A stretch of 64,000 bases of DNA, taken from assembly GCA_951406725.2 (NCBI GenBank), contig OX597817.1:111042001-111106000 (forward strand), written 5' to 3'. Source of the stretch: Octopus vulgaris. Its lineage: Eukaryota. The position numbers and the translations under genes are program-made. Position 1 is the first letter of the stretch. The number at the start of each line of letters is the position of its first letter. Shown here one piece after another: positions 10,612 to 24,245 of the stretch. The notes beneath the pieces were generated by a model. The model was not told the origin of the DNA, searched no databases, and saw nothing but the letters and a program-made list of their open reading frames with translations.

Positions 10612-12771
10612 CGAGTATACTGCTTTATGAAATATTAATATTGAAATGTTTTAAGACATTATAATGCCTTGAGTCCTTTTAACTTGGTGACTGTTTTGTA
10701 ATGCAACCTCTTGCAGAGCTCCATATCAAAGCTGTTTCAGCCATGACCCAAAGCATTGATATTTTTCATGCCTCTGTGGTGTTTACATGAACTAATACTT
10801 ACAGTTATGTTTGAAGTGGTTTTGCACAATACTTGTATTTCATTCTCCTGCAAAAAAAAAAAACTACTCCTTTCTGGAAGTGCAATGATATGTACAAAGA
10901 CTTTTTTTGTTTTTCCTAATTGCCAACTTGTTCCAGAAATGTTCATGATATAACTTGCAGTCACAAATTCATAATTATCACACCATTTCTCGTAGCATCA
11001 GTGTAGAAATCTGGACTTAAAGCAAGTTTTGTGCTAGCCATCTTAGTATTTTATGCTGAACCATCCTTTCATATGAAATGAAAGCAAGAAAATAACAATT
11101 AATGCACTGAGCAGTAAACTTAGCCCTGTTCTAACAGAATTAATTTCACACCTTCAGTCACCTTTTTAAAATTGTTTTCTCTTGTTAGATTGTGTTTATT
11201 AATGATGTTTCTTCCTGTCTTCCACACCATCTGCAAATGAACAATAAATACTGTAATTATCACGTTTTTACTTCCTTTGCCAAAACTATATAGTTCACAA
11301 TATGCAAAAATACAAGGAAATTTATAGTTCTAAGACCTATTCCTATTAAATTTCTTACAAAACATATGCATACATATTTATACACCCATGTGCATATGTA
11401 ATTTGTGAGGTCTTCTATCATGTAGTATCAAATCATTTGTATCATAAAACAAACAACTGGGTGTTGTCACAAACTGGGTTTCCATTTTGTGATTTTTATC
11501 TTGACAATCAGGTCTCAGCTATTTGCCCTGGCATTCCTTTTGTTGAAGTCCTGAAAACCTTTTGTAGTCTTACTCTATGACCATATTATCTAAATAAATT
11601 CTTTTGTGTGTGTGTGGGTGTGGTGGTGGGTGGGTGGTAATTTTGTCCAAAGTTTTGTGTTGCAAAATCTAACTCAGTATTTTGCATGTGCAATTTTATA
11701 TATTGTTTCTTGATAAAATGATAAGTGTTGTTTTCTTAGGACACAGCATTTGATTAGTAGCTGTTGATTTTGTTGTTGAATTTTATTTTCTTCTTGTTTG
11801 CTTTTCTCATATGCTATGGTTTTATTAAGAAAAATTAAGCTTGAATTTTATGGGAGTTTGACAGTTAATTTGTAGTAAGATTTTTTTATGGTGGAGGGGA
11901 GCTTTTCTCTGTAAGGTATTATTATCTGTTAAGTAAAAAAAAAATGCTTAAGCATGCTAAGTAGGCTTTGACAACAGAGTATTCAATGTTGAAAGGCATG
12001 ATTTTTACTAAGCAATATTAGCACTAGATATGATCCTTAGAATATGACACCTAAAGACTGAGAAGTTTAGAAGTCATGTAATTTTTTGATAGTACCTTTT
12101 GGAACAGAATTTCTGAACAGAAAGCAGATTGTATACTACTTGAAATGTGTTGTAGTAGTAGTAGTAGTAATAGCAGCAGCTCTAGTAGTTGTTGTTGTAT
12201 TATGACAGGCAGTTCTGCTCAAGTACAGTTACTAGAAGTAGTTCAAAACTAATCCACACATCTAGTGCATCTTATTATACACCGATGTATTTGGACTGGT
12301 GCCTTCATCTTGTTACAGTAACAACATTTTTATTGTACCTTTCACAGGTGCTTGTCGTAACTGGTAATTTTCCTGGAATTTCAACTCTATATTATATTCA
12401 TAGGCATAAATTGTTCTCATTCCATTGTCTATACTAGCAATATAATTAATTTTGTGTTAATTATTTTCCCACTTATGATGCCACTTGGTTTTTTCTGCTT
12501 GAACTAAAGTAAATATAAACTGACTGACCCAGGGAATGAGCATACACCCACAATATAACATTTGACATTTGACACTTGAAATCACTCTCCTATTGTCCTT
12601 AAAAATTATCCCTGGTAATTAGACAATGGATGGAGGATAATCTACCAAACACCCAAGGTTCAGTTCAAATACTGAGAATATTACCAAGTATGAAAATATG
12701 ACAGGCACCTGAAGAAGGCTGTTGATAATAGCAACCAAGAAAAAAACTGTCTGAAAAAAAAAAAAAATAAT

Positions 12772-13430
12772 AATCCTTTCTACTATAGATACAAGGCCTG
12801 AAATTTTGGTGGACGGTCAGTTACATTGACCCCAGTGTTTCACTAGTACTTATTTTATTGACTGTAAAAGGATGAAAGGCAAAGTTGACCTCAGTGGAAT
12901 TTGAACTGAGAACTTAAAGATGAACAAAATGCCACTATACCATAATAACAATAATGATGATGATGATGATCCTTTCTACTAAATAGGCACATGGACTGAA
13001 ATTTAGTGAGAGAGGGCTAGTTAATTTCATTGTACCCAGTGCTTAATTGGGATCGATAAAAGGATGCAAGACAGGATACTCAGTGGTACTTGAACTCAGA
13101 ATGTAAGGCCAAAAGAAATGCTGATAAGTATTTTGTCAGACACACTAATAATTCTGCCGGCTCATTGCCTTATAATAATAATAATAATGATGATGATGGT
13201 GGTGGTTTCAAAGTGGTTTTTTGCCACAAGGTCAGCCATTTTGGGGGATGGAATGAGTCAATTACATGGACTACAGTGTTGAACTGGTACTTATATTATC
13301 AACCCCGAAGGATGAAAGGTATAGTTGACTATACCTTGGTGGAACTTGAACTCATGACATCGCGACAGGTGGAATACTGCTAAGCATTGCGTCTGGCATG
13401 CTAACGATCCTGTCAGCTCGCCACCTTCAA
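12772..13430 (-). mobile_element. Tandem array of three SINE copies separated by (TAA)/(TGA) tracts
   Basis: Repeated aaggcctgaaattt...aaggatgaaaggcaaagttgacc...tttgaact blocks, all in the same orientation. Confidence 0.85.
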
Positions 13431-13443
13431 TAATGATAATAAT

Positions 13444-14235
13444 AGGGCTTCATTGTAGCTGCTCAGGATCAGTGTCTACCCACCAGAAACTACCAAGCAA
13501 GCATTCTTAAAAATGGTGCCAATCCTGCTTGCAGATTTTGTGGTACAGCCAGGGAAATAATTGACCACTCATCTCTGGATGCTCTATGCTTGCCTCAAAT
13601 GAATATTTGATGCCATGATAGTGTTGGTCGGTATTTGCACTGGTTCATATGTTGTTAGTCTGGACACCCATATGAGAAGAATTGGTGGGAACATAAGCCT
13701 GCCAACGTAGTAGAAAATAATATCACTTTAGTATCAAAACTGATCATGCTTTACAGACCAGTAGATCAGATATTGTGTTAAAAAACCATGCTGACAAAAC
13801 ATGTCTGCTCATAGAGAAGGTAAGAAAATATGAAACAGAGGTCTCAAAAATCTGGTATCTAAGAGCAACAACTGTACCTGTGATTATCATGGCTTTGGGG
13901 ACAACCCAAATGGCACTCTTAAACACTATAGCTAGGTACTAGGTTAATCCCAAGGCATCATAACTATACAAAAATTATTCTCATAGGTACGGCCTACATC
14001 CTAAGAAAGTTATTCTCAACTTGAAAATACCTGATTCTCTTAAAACTCTTTCAAAACTGAAGTATTAAAATTTAACAGTATCCTAATTCTCAGAGCGGAT
14101 GCCTTACCATACAATCACTGCTAATCATAAATGACACCCATATTAAAATGTCCAATTTGCTGTTACTTGTGGTCTCTGGGTGAGACTTGAAACTGCTCAT
14201 ATGAAACAAAGCAACAGTAACATGAACAAAAACAA
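13444..14235 (+). mobile_element. Degraded 5'-truncated R4/Dong-like RLE non-LTR retrotransposon
   Basis: Starts GFIVAAQDQCLPTRNYQASILKNGANPACRFCG, matching the 49524-50531 ORF. Shares the 3' motif ggtctctgggtgagacttg, and has (TAA)-like tracts on both sides. Confidence 0.85.
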
Positions 14236-14249
14236 CAATGATAATAATA

Positions 14250-14630
14250 ATGGTTTCAAATTTTTGGGGAAAGGGCTAGTCAATTACATAGACTCTAGTG
14301 CTTGGCTGGCTCTTATTTTATTGACCCTAAAAGAATAAAAGGTAAAGTTGACCTTGGTGAAATTTGAACTCAGAACATAAAGTCACTAAGCATTTTGTCT
14401 TGTATGCTAACGATTCTGCTAGCTCACTGCCTAATAATGATAATAATAATTTAGACACAAGGGTAGTAATTTTGAGGGGCAGAGGAAGCTAATTACATTG
14501 ACTTCTGTACTGAACTAGTACATATTTTATTGACCCCAAAAGGATGAACAGTAAAGCTGACATCAGTGGGATTTGAACTTTAAACATGCAGATCAGGAAG
14601 AAATGTTGCTAGGCATGATAACAGTTCTGC
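14250..14630 (-). mobile_element. Two further tandem SINE copies with (TAA)n linkers
   Basis: Same SINE core as 12772-13430, continuing the array past the Dong-like insert. Confidence 0.85.
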
Positions 14631-15568
14631 TTTAATAATGATAATGATAATAATAATAATAACAACAACTCTTCACCTCAGAATTTTAGACAATTGCACA
14701 TTTCAGTTTCAACTCAGTCTCTACTGGTTATGTGAGCACACAGTATTGTGGCTATTTCAATGTTTCATTCATTTACCATTCTTCTGGTTTTAATATGTTT
14801 GTTAGATTTATTTATGGTGCAAGAGAAACAGGTTAAATTAGTTCAACCAGTATGTACTAAGTTTGATTTCTCAGAATTTATTATAAAGGGATGCGAAAGC
14901 AACACAAAGCTTGGACCAGAGGAGGGATTGATTTTAAAGCTATGTTAGTGTATATATATTTTTTTGGTGAAGCATAGAAGTAAATGTTTGTCTTGATTAG
15001 ATGATGAGAGAGTAAAATTATTTTTGTACTGTGAGAGTATTATAGAGTGTTGTTAAAAGTGTTTCCAAATGGTTGGACATATTGCCAGAGTGGTTTGTAC
15101 TGGAATAGAATGTGGTTTATGAATTGTAACCTTTGCATATTGAGGTAGGCTTTGAATAGTGGAAATACAATGAACTTCTCAATAGAAGTGTAAAGGTTTG
15201 TAAGTGAAGAATTGGTATGAAACAAATGTGCTTAAATATAACTGATATTTTTTACTATGATAATAATTGGTAATAGAAACTTAGATTTAACGTCTACCTT
15301 TTCTAATTTTTCTGTGTAAAAATGTGATTAGTATTATAAAAACAGATTACATATTTATTTCAGAATCCTGTTTGCTTGTTCTGCTTTCCACTTTTACCAA
15401 ATATAGGATAAAGTAGTGTTTTCACCAAAGGCCATTTACTGCTTCTCTCTTTTCATGCAATTTAAAATGAAATTTTTTTAATTTATATCTTTTTACTTAG
15501 GAATCTTCATTAATTATTTCATTAGTTGGTTTTCACAATTTTATCTATTTTTTTGTTTTTGTTTCCAG

Positions 15569-15613
15569 AAAGGAATATATGCTGTAAAGGGTGAAGACAG
15601 TCAAGACATTAAG
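15569..15613 (+). CDS. Candidate 45-nt internal exon (KGIYAVKGEDSQDIK if coding; could be UTR)
   Basis: Strong acceptor tttttttgtttttgtttccag| and perfect donor AAG|GTGAGT. Length is divisible by 3, and only the phase-0 frame lacks stops. Confidence 0.6.
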
Positions 15614-15830
15614 GTGAGTTTGGCAATATTTCTAAAAATTTCAATCCTGGAACCCTTTAAAATTGAAAAATTCAGTTCTCAATAATTTTGACTTGCACAT
15701 TTATTTGACATATTGAATGAATATATTAACGTATTGAATGAATATATTAACTTATAAATCATTGACTATATTAATTGTGAATTGACAATCTTGAAAAAAA
15801 ATATTAAAGAAAACTATGATAAATAATATG

Positions 15831-16108
15831 TGGAGGTGCATGGCTTAGTGGTTAGGGTATCAGCATCATGATCGTAAGATTGTGGTTTTGATTCCTGGAC
15901 TGAGCGACACATTGTGTTCTTGAGCAAAACACTTCATTTCACGTTGCTCCAGTCCACTCGGCTGGCAAAAATGAGTAACGCTGTGATGGACTGGCGTCCT
16001 GTCCAGCTGGGGAATACATAGGCAATTGAAACCGGGAACACATAGGCCATTGAAACCGGGAAACTGGGCCCATGAACCTGGCTAGGCTTTAAAAGGGCAC
16101 ATTTATTT
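15831..16108 (+). mobile_element. tRNA-derived SINE
   Basis: ggaggtgcatggcttagtggttaggg...gattcctgg head and tgtgttcttgagcaaaacacttcatttcacgttgctccag body, with an internal ~23-bp duplication at 16016-16062. Confidence 0.85.
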
Positions 16109-16410
16109 GTGGAGGCACATGGCCTAGTGGTTAGAGCAGCAGACTCGCGGTCGAGGGATCGCGGGTTCGAATCTCAGACCAGGCGATGTGTGTGTTTATG
16201 AGCGAAACAACTAAACTCCACGCAGTTCCTGCAGAAAGTAATGGCGAACTTCTGCTGACTCTTTCACCACAACTTTCTCTCACTCATTCCTCATGCATCT
16301 TGCAGCTCACCTGCGATGTACTGGCGTCCCATCCAGGTGGGGAACCTATATGCCAAGGAAACCAGGAAACCAGCCCTTATGAGCCAGGCATGGCTCAAGA
16401 AGGAATAACA
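16109..16410 (+). mobile_element. Nested young tRNA-derived SINE with ~37-bp TSD
   Basis: Head ggaggcacatggcctagtggttagagcagcagactcgcggtcgagggatcgcgggttcgaatc. Flanked by atga(a/g)cctggctaggctttaaaa..g..catttattt at 16072-16108 and 16411-16448. Confidence 0.85.
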
Positions 16411-19400
16411 ATGAGCCTGGCTAGGCTTTAAAAAGGACGCATTTATTTTTATTTATGATATATAATATGCTCCATTACAAACTAAACTCTTGTAAGAAAA
16501 CATGAAAACACATCCTGAAAGCACAGATTTTTCTATTTTGGCAATATGTGCTTTCATTTGCTTTAAGTTCTAAATAGATAAATATTCTTAGTAACATTTG
16601 CTTAGAAGTATATTTTAGGTTACCATTTAATAGATTCATGGAAATATACAAAAATATCGTACTGTATATCTAATGCAAGTACACAAAAGCCATTGGCTAT
16701 TGAAATGGCAACTGTGCAAGTAATGAAGCTAAGATGAGAGAGAGAGAGAGAGAGAGAGAGAAAGAAAGTAACTGCTCCTAGCGATTAGCAGATTCTTTCT
16801 CTAATGATTTCCCTCTGTTTACAAGAGTTAGTTTAGACAAGGTGTTTGTAAGAAGTGCAAAGCTGATGAATGCAAAGGATCTACTTTAGTGAGGGTATAA
16901 GTTGACTACAATTTTTTTTTAAACATACCATGTTGTGTGGATGATTCATTAGCAATGATCAGATGAAGATATTGGGCATCAAAGATATTCATTTATCTGT
17001 ATGGAAGAAGAGATCTCTTTTACTACAGCCTCAAGTTGACCAGTATCTTGTGAGTAAAATTTAATTGGTGAAAATTGTGTGGAAGCCCATTGAGTATATA
17101 TATATATATTCTTTTATTCTGTTACTTGTTTCAGTCATTTGACTGTGGCCATGCTGGAGCACCGCCTTTAGTTGAGCAAATCGACCCCAGGACTTATTCT
17201 TTGTAAGCCTAGTACTTATTCTATCAGTCTCTTTTGCCGAACCGCTAAGTTACGGGGATGTAAACACACCAGCATCAGTTGTCAAGTGATGCTGGAGGAA
17301 CAAACACAGACACACATACATATATACATATATATGACAGGCTTCTTTCAGTTTCCATCTACCAAATCCACTCACAAGGCTTTGGTCGCAGTGGGAATGA
17401 ACCTGGAACCATGTGGTTGGTAAGCAAGCTACTTACCACACAGCCACTCTTGCACTATATACATATATGTGTGTAGTTGTTTGAGGTTTAAGTTTTTCCT
17501 TTGCTGGATTCATTAACAAAATAACAAGGTTCTTTTGTTTGAGTCAGAACAGTTCCTGGAATTTGAGAACATGTCAGTGAGTTAGTATGTGCATGTGTAT
17601 AGTTGTAGGTGCATATGTGGATAAACTTGCACTCATGTAATGGGTGTGTATCTCACTTTAGCATACAAATGTGTATGTAAGCCCTATGAGTATGTGATTG
17701 TGTACATATTTTTATTCTGGGTAATTCAAATGAAGAATCCTTGCAATATTTCACAATTTCTGCATGTGTGTATGCATGCAGGTTTTTTTTTTTGCCTCTA
17801 TTGGTGAAGGATGCTGAATGAAATTCATTGAGTTACAGATGCCCAGTTGTCCCTATTGCCATCAAACATGCAGTGAACCAGTGATTGATCCATTAGAAAC
17901 TTGTAATCAACAAATCTATTGTCCACAAGTTGCAATACAAAATAAAATGAACAGACATAAGAACAACAAATAAGTTAACAATAGATTGTTGCATATGGAA
18001 AGATGCTGTTTTAGAGAATGGACTAATCCATTCTAGCATGTAGAAAGAATGTTATAACAATGACATGTGTGTGCAAGGAATATTTTTCAGTAGTATCTAA
18101 TATGTATTTGAAATCACTACCTATATTATGTACAAAATATGATCTCATATATGAACTTTAGCTGAATAAACAAAGTGTTAGGTTCCTATTAATATTCATA
18201 GTCAAAATTTAATAATTGTTGAAAAGAGTTCAGGAAATATAAATAGTGTAGTTTCATAGTGATACCTATTGTGTAAATAGCTGTCATCAACTTGGGCAGA
18301 AGATTGGCCGAATCAGTAGGGTGATAGGCAAAATATTTTGTAATATTTAGTTGTGTAGCTTTATACTCTGAGTTCAAATTCAAGGTTGACTATGCTTTTG
18401 TCAATAAAATATGTACTAGATGAGTATAGGGATTGAATCTAATGAATTCTATTTATTCTTCAAATTTGAGACCTTGTGCCTATGTTAGAAATCAATAATT
18501 TGATAAGCTGGGTTATATTACACATGAAAGCTGACACTTTATACAGATGTATAATATCAGCAGATTAAATTAATGGTAGGACAGAAAAGGAGACACCGAA
18601 CATATGTGAGAACCAAGATCAGAAATAAATCTGCTATTAAAAAGGGAAAAGAAGAAAACTTTATTTCCCTTCTCCAACTCAGACAATTTTGATGCTTGCA
18701 TTTTGAATAAGTTTGTGTATATGGTATTGTGATCAGCAATCAAAATAGCTGCATATTAATAATGTGGAAAACAACTGACTGAGATAATGATATCTTGTCA
18801 AGCTCTATAAATAGATTTCCCAAACTGGTTTTAATCGTGTTTGTTACAGTTGGTGTGTTTATAGCAAATTTTCTACTGTCCACGTACTTTATCATCCTAA
18901 TGTTTATATATTTGCATATAAACATTATATGTTTGTCCATACACATTTGTACACATACATACATATATGAGATAAACACGTATTGTGCTTTAGTACCGTG
19001 AGATCACTTGATTGCTTGATGTACATGTCAACGGGTTTAACAGTAATATGATAATTTTAGGCAGTACAAATGATCTGGTCATCTATTATGCTTCTCAAGG
19101 AAGGATTTACGCATGTGTAGACATCTCAAAATTATGTCTTTTTAATGTTTTTTTTTTTGTTTTTTTTTTAATATTATGATACAGTTTTTCTGTAAGGCAC
19201 AGGTTACAGATCATCGACGTGTTCTTAAATGCCTTTACCTTATCTAACTGCTTATAAGTCATGTTTTTGTCTCATGATTAAAAAAATTTCTTTTAAAGTT
19301 TTATTGTGTTTCCCAGGTGACAATGATGGAACAGGTTGTTGTGCTCTGTAATCCCTATATATTCTATCATCTTATTACTTTCAAATCAGTTGACAGGTAC

Positions 19401-19561
19401 TGACCACTGACAAAACTAAACTGCAGTTTAGAAATGTAACTGCTGTTGATTTCATGCAAATTAGCATATATAAGGTTCTAGATACTTCCAACATAAAGTT
19501 CTGATGATTACTTTTTTGTACTACACTATAAAAACAAAATCCCTTCCTGGTTCTCTCTCTC

Positions 19562-19592
<31 letters not shown>

Positions 19593-20220
19593 ATATGTTT
19601 GTTTGCTTGCATGTATACATGTGTACATACAAAGAGAGAGATATAGGTAGATAGATAAACAGATAGACAGGATACAATAAACTTTAATAAAATCAACATG
19701 TTTTCTAGTAAGTACATTACCTTAGCCTCGCAACAGCAGTGTATCATAGTTAATAAGTAATTTTCCCTTGTATTTCAATCAGCAGAAGGCTGGATTGGTT
19801 TAAAATATTGCTTCTTCGAAAAAGAAGTGATATATCAAAGTTTGTTTTGCACTGTTTTATCATTAAAGCCTTTCAATATATTTTGCATGTTATTTAAGTA
19901 ATACTCTGGAGAAAGGTTGTTTGCTATTTCTTAAACTTACTATTTCTTACCCGTGTTTAAACTTGCATTTACCTAAAAAGGAATGCAAGAAATAGAACAT
20001 CATTTTTTTCAGTGCCTATCTCTAGCAAAAGTGTAGAATAACCAATGCTAAAATAGGACAATTGATTGATGTCCTTATCTTTAAAGATCACTATTAGTTT
20101 AAAAGTTCTGTGTATTCCCCACTATTGTATTTTCCTGAAGGAAATCACCTTTATTGACCTAAAAACCATCAGAGTGTAATGTGAGCGAGTGCTAATAAAA
20201 TCCTATCATTTGAGCACATT

Positions 20221-20387
20221 GGTTTCAAATTTTGGCACAAGGCCAGCAATTTTCAGGGGAGGAGATTAGTCGATTAAGTTACCATCAGTGTTCAACTTGT
20301 ACTCTATCAACCCCCAAAAGGATGGAAAAAGGCAAAGTCAGCCCTGGCAGAATTTGAACTAATGATTCTGCCAACTTACCACCTTTA
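20221..20387 (-). mobile_element. Internally deleted SINE with 16-bp TSD
   Basis: Same family as the array SINEs; TSD ATCATTTGAGCACATT at 20205-20220 and 20388-20403. Confidence 0.85.
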
Positions 20388-22514
20388 ATCATTTGAGCAC
20401 ATTAGATACTGTTATCATTTAGTAAAGACCTGATTTGTGTATTTGCAATATTGAAGCATTTCTTGTGTGCTTATAGTCATTGAGGACCTATGAAAATAAG
20501 TCAAATAATAATTCAGAATTAATGTGTACCAACATAAGTTAAGTCATAATCCTTCAGTCAGAGTGTGGGACTAGTTGTTTACAAATATGAATTTGTATTA
20601 GGGAAATCCAATAACTCTTCTTTGTCATAGCACTTGTCTCCTTACAACTATTTCCAACAAACAACTTATGAGTCTTTTTATCTTATTAAGTTTTGCTGTC
20701 TTTTACTTTAGAACTTTAAATGAAATATTTCTTTTGTGAAATCAAACTTTTTTCATCACTGCTATTTATTTGTTTTGTTTTAGTTTTGTCATTTCTCTAA
20801 AGTGCACCTCAGTTGAAATCAAGATCTTAAATTGCCAAAATTATATTCAACATTTGTAGTTGTGGAAATAATATAAAATACACAACATTTATTATAGTCC
20901 AAGTAAAGTTAAAGAGAGAACAATGAGGGCTATTTAGATGTATGTTTACTCAAATGATTGAGGAAGAAAAGAAATTTAACTGCCATGCTACTTAATGAGG
21001 ATAGAAACATGACTATACACCAGCAAAGAAAATGATAATAATAAAAGTGTTTACATATGGGTATATAACTTATTGTAGACGTGTGTACATTTCTATGCAT
21101 TGTTTTACATGGGTGTTTATATATATATAAACACACACACACATACACATACATATACATATATACATACATACATATATAAATAATATATGTATGTATG
21201 TTTGTATGTATATATGTATGTATAATGTTACCTCCATCCCCGATCCCTGGTCTCATTGTTGCTATGACATCTGTTTTCTATGCTGGTCTGGTTTAGCCGA
21301 GTCTGTATAATCTGTATTCTCCATTTTCCATTCAACTCCATTCTTAGCTGAATTCAGACCTGACTTATATAAACAAAAAAGTTTTCTTTTTTGAAGTATA
21401 TTAACACTACTACATCATCGCATTATTAATAATAAAAATCCACTGTGCAAACATTTTCTCAATAATGTAGCAATATTAGTTGGTGATCTTTATATTTCTT
21501 TCATAGAATATTCTAAATAACTTAATAGATTTAGAAAATTTAAATGCAAATTACATCTGGTCTTTATTTGTTCGGAAACAGGAAGCATGGCAAATATATT
21601 TCAAAAAGGATTAGCTTCAGTTAGCCATTGGTTAAATCCAAACTGTGATAACATCTAGTTGAAATGTTAAATGCTAATAAGTGCAATGGAGAGTAGAATG
21701 ACAATGATAATACTCTGTTGCTGAGGTGATAAGGTGTGTTTTCTTTCATGGTTATACTCTGTTATAGAGTTAAGATTATTTCCTTCAGTTTGCATGACTT
21801 TAGGAAGTTAGGTACTAAGTGCAAGAGATCTTAGTGTTAGTTCAATGCTAGGATTACAAGAGTATTTTTACATTTTCAGCTCAATTAAAGATCCTTGAGA
21901 ATCTATAACAGATATTTTGATTACTTTTTGAGGATTAATGGCCAGGATTAAAATAGAAACATTCATTGCCCCAAACAGTATTTTATGCTTCTGAGAATAA
22001 TAGTGATTTGTTATTGTTTAGATGGAAATCAGGTCTGACTGAGCAGACATATAGCCAAAGACATTCCAACTATGACCATCTTGTTTTTTTTCTTTTCAAA
22101 GCATTGTGTACTCTGGATCAAACATATCTTGCTTTAATGATGATAACATTGAGAGAAATGTGATTTCTATTTCTAGCAGATCAAGCAGTCACATAGAGGC
22201 TCCTTCATTGTTTTAACAGTGGTTTGTTCCACCCTAATCAATTGACTAATTTGAATTTTTTGTGTGTATTTCTTCATATATATATTTCTTGATACATCAT
22301 CAACATTGTGATGTCGTAATAATGATGATGATAATAATCACCACCACCAACATCATTTGCAATAAAACTAACAAGCACAGTCCATGCAATCATTTGACCC
22401 ACTAGAAAAATTAAAGCCAAAGTCCTTTGAACCTATAATCTTCATTTAAAAAAAAAACAACAAAGAAACAAAAATGACACATTGTACAATGAAGTCTTAG
22501 ATATACTGTACTTG

Positions 22515-22760
22515 AATCATCAACATCATCATCCTTTAACGTCTGCTTTCCATGCTGGCATGGGTTGGACGATTTTACCAGAACTGGCAAGCTGGAGAGT
22601 TGCACCAGGTTCCTGTCTGATTTGACTTGGTACCTACAGCTGGATGCCCTTCCTAATACCAACCACTTTACAGTGTGTGTTGGATACTTTTGGCATGAGC
22701 ACTTTTACATGGTACCAGCATAAGTACTTTTTACATGACACTGGCAGAAGACTCTTGCAG
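22515..22760 (-). mobile_element. RTE-type 3' tail fragment with (ATG)n tail
   Basis: catcatcatcctttaacgtctgctttccatgctggcatgggttggacg motif. Also at 29805-29960, 36510-36580, 41220-41600, 57530-57725(+) and 58780-58866(+). Confidence 0.7.
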
Positions 22761-23170
22761 GCCAATCCTCTTCATCAGGGAGGGTGGCCTTAATTCTACT
22801 GCTGTGGAGGACAGGTCGTATTTTTTTTATACACATAGATATACTATTCAGGAATGGTGAAGTGGTTGAAAAGTTTATTCCCCAATCATGAAGTTCTCAA
22901 TTTGATTCTGCTGCATAGTATTTTATGCAAGGGTCTTTTACCATTGTTTTGGGTCTATCTAAGCCTTGTGAGTGAAACTGGGTTACCAGAAAATGGATTG
23001 TACCTGTAATCAAAAATTCAGTTTTGTCACATATTGTTGTGCTGAACTTGAATGGAATTCTCAGTGTCTGTGGAATACTCAACCACTTATATGTTAATAT
23101 AACTCGTAGGTAGTTCCATTGATTGAATATATGAATGTTCATTGTTGAAGGTTCCGTAAGGGAAAAAAAA

Positions 23171-24245
23171 TCATCATCATTTAACGTTCATTGTCCATGT
23201 TGGCATGAGCTGGATGGTAAGCTGGAAGTCTGCACTTCCTAATACCAACCACTCTGAGAGTGTAATGGGTGCTTTTATGTGCCACCGGCATGGGTGCCAT
23301 TTGCATGACACCAGTATTTGCCACAACTGTGATTTTGTTCAGTTTGATGAGTCTTTTTCTCAAACATGACATAATGCCAAAGGTCTCAGTCATTGCCTCT
23401 ATGAGGTTAAATGCTTGGAAAGAACTCAGCCACTTTGCCTCTGTGAGGCCCAATGCTCAGAAGGTGCTCTTTCCGGTTACGTGACACCAGCATCAGCCAT
23501 GACTACGATTTTACTTTGCTTGATGGGTCTTCTCAAGCACAACATATCGCCAAAGGTCTCGATCACTAGTCATTGCTTCTGTGAGGCTCAAAATTCAAAG
23601 ATCATGCCTCATCACTTCATCCCATGTCTTCCAGGTCTACCACAGATTCCCTCCACAGTTAGAGATCAGCACTTCTTTACACAGCTGTCCTCATCCATAT
23701 GCATCATATGACCATACCAGTGCAGTTGTCTCTCTTGTACACCACATCTGATGCCTCTTATGCCTAACTTTTCTCTCAAGATGCTTACACCTTGTCGAAT
23801 ATGCACACTGACATTTCACATCCAGCAAAGCATACGGGTTTCACTTCTTTCAAGCCTATGCATGTCCTCAGCTGTCACAGCTCATGTTTCACTGCCATGT
23901 AGTATAGCTGTTCACACACAGACATTATACAATCTGCCTTTCACCCTAAGAGAGAAGCCCTTTGTTGCCAGCAGAGGTAGGAGCTCTCTGAACTTTGCCC
24001 AACCTAATCTTATTCTCACAACTATGCTCTTGGAGCATCTACCTCTACTACTAACTTAGTCACCTAGATAACAGAAGCTATCTACTCCTCATAGTTTGCT
24101 ACCCTGGCAGTTGATGGAGCCTATTTTCCATGTTTATTGTACCTGTGTATCTTCCACATACAAAAGCTAATTTCCTTGTTAACCTTCCTCTGATATTGCT
24201 GCACCTTTTGTGCATCCAAAGCTTACACCTTTTGGTGTATGTAGT
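23171..24245 (-). mobile_element. 5'-truncated RTE-clade LINE (RT C-terminus plus 3'UTR)
   Basis: Minus strand encodes CKLWMHKRCSNIRGRL...VDSFCYLGD...RIRLGWAKFRELLPLL...LRVKGRLY...LHGSET...QERQLHWYGHMMHM with stops. Ends in an (ATG)n tail, and the 3'UTR has an internal ~100-bp duplication. Confidence 0.88.

Noticed and set aside
12700-12745. Hammerhead-like CTGAAGA motif
   Set aside because: No closing stem II or GAAA segment follows; at best a deleted relic.
16111-16185. tRNA gene
   Set aside because: A and B boxes are present but run into a SINE body with TSD; no complete acceptor stem or terminator.
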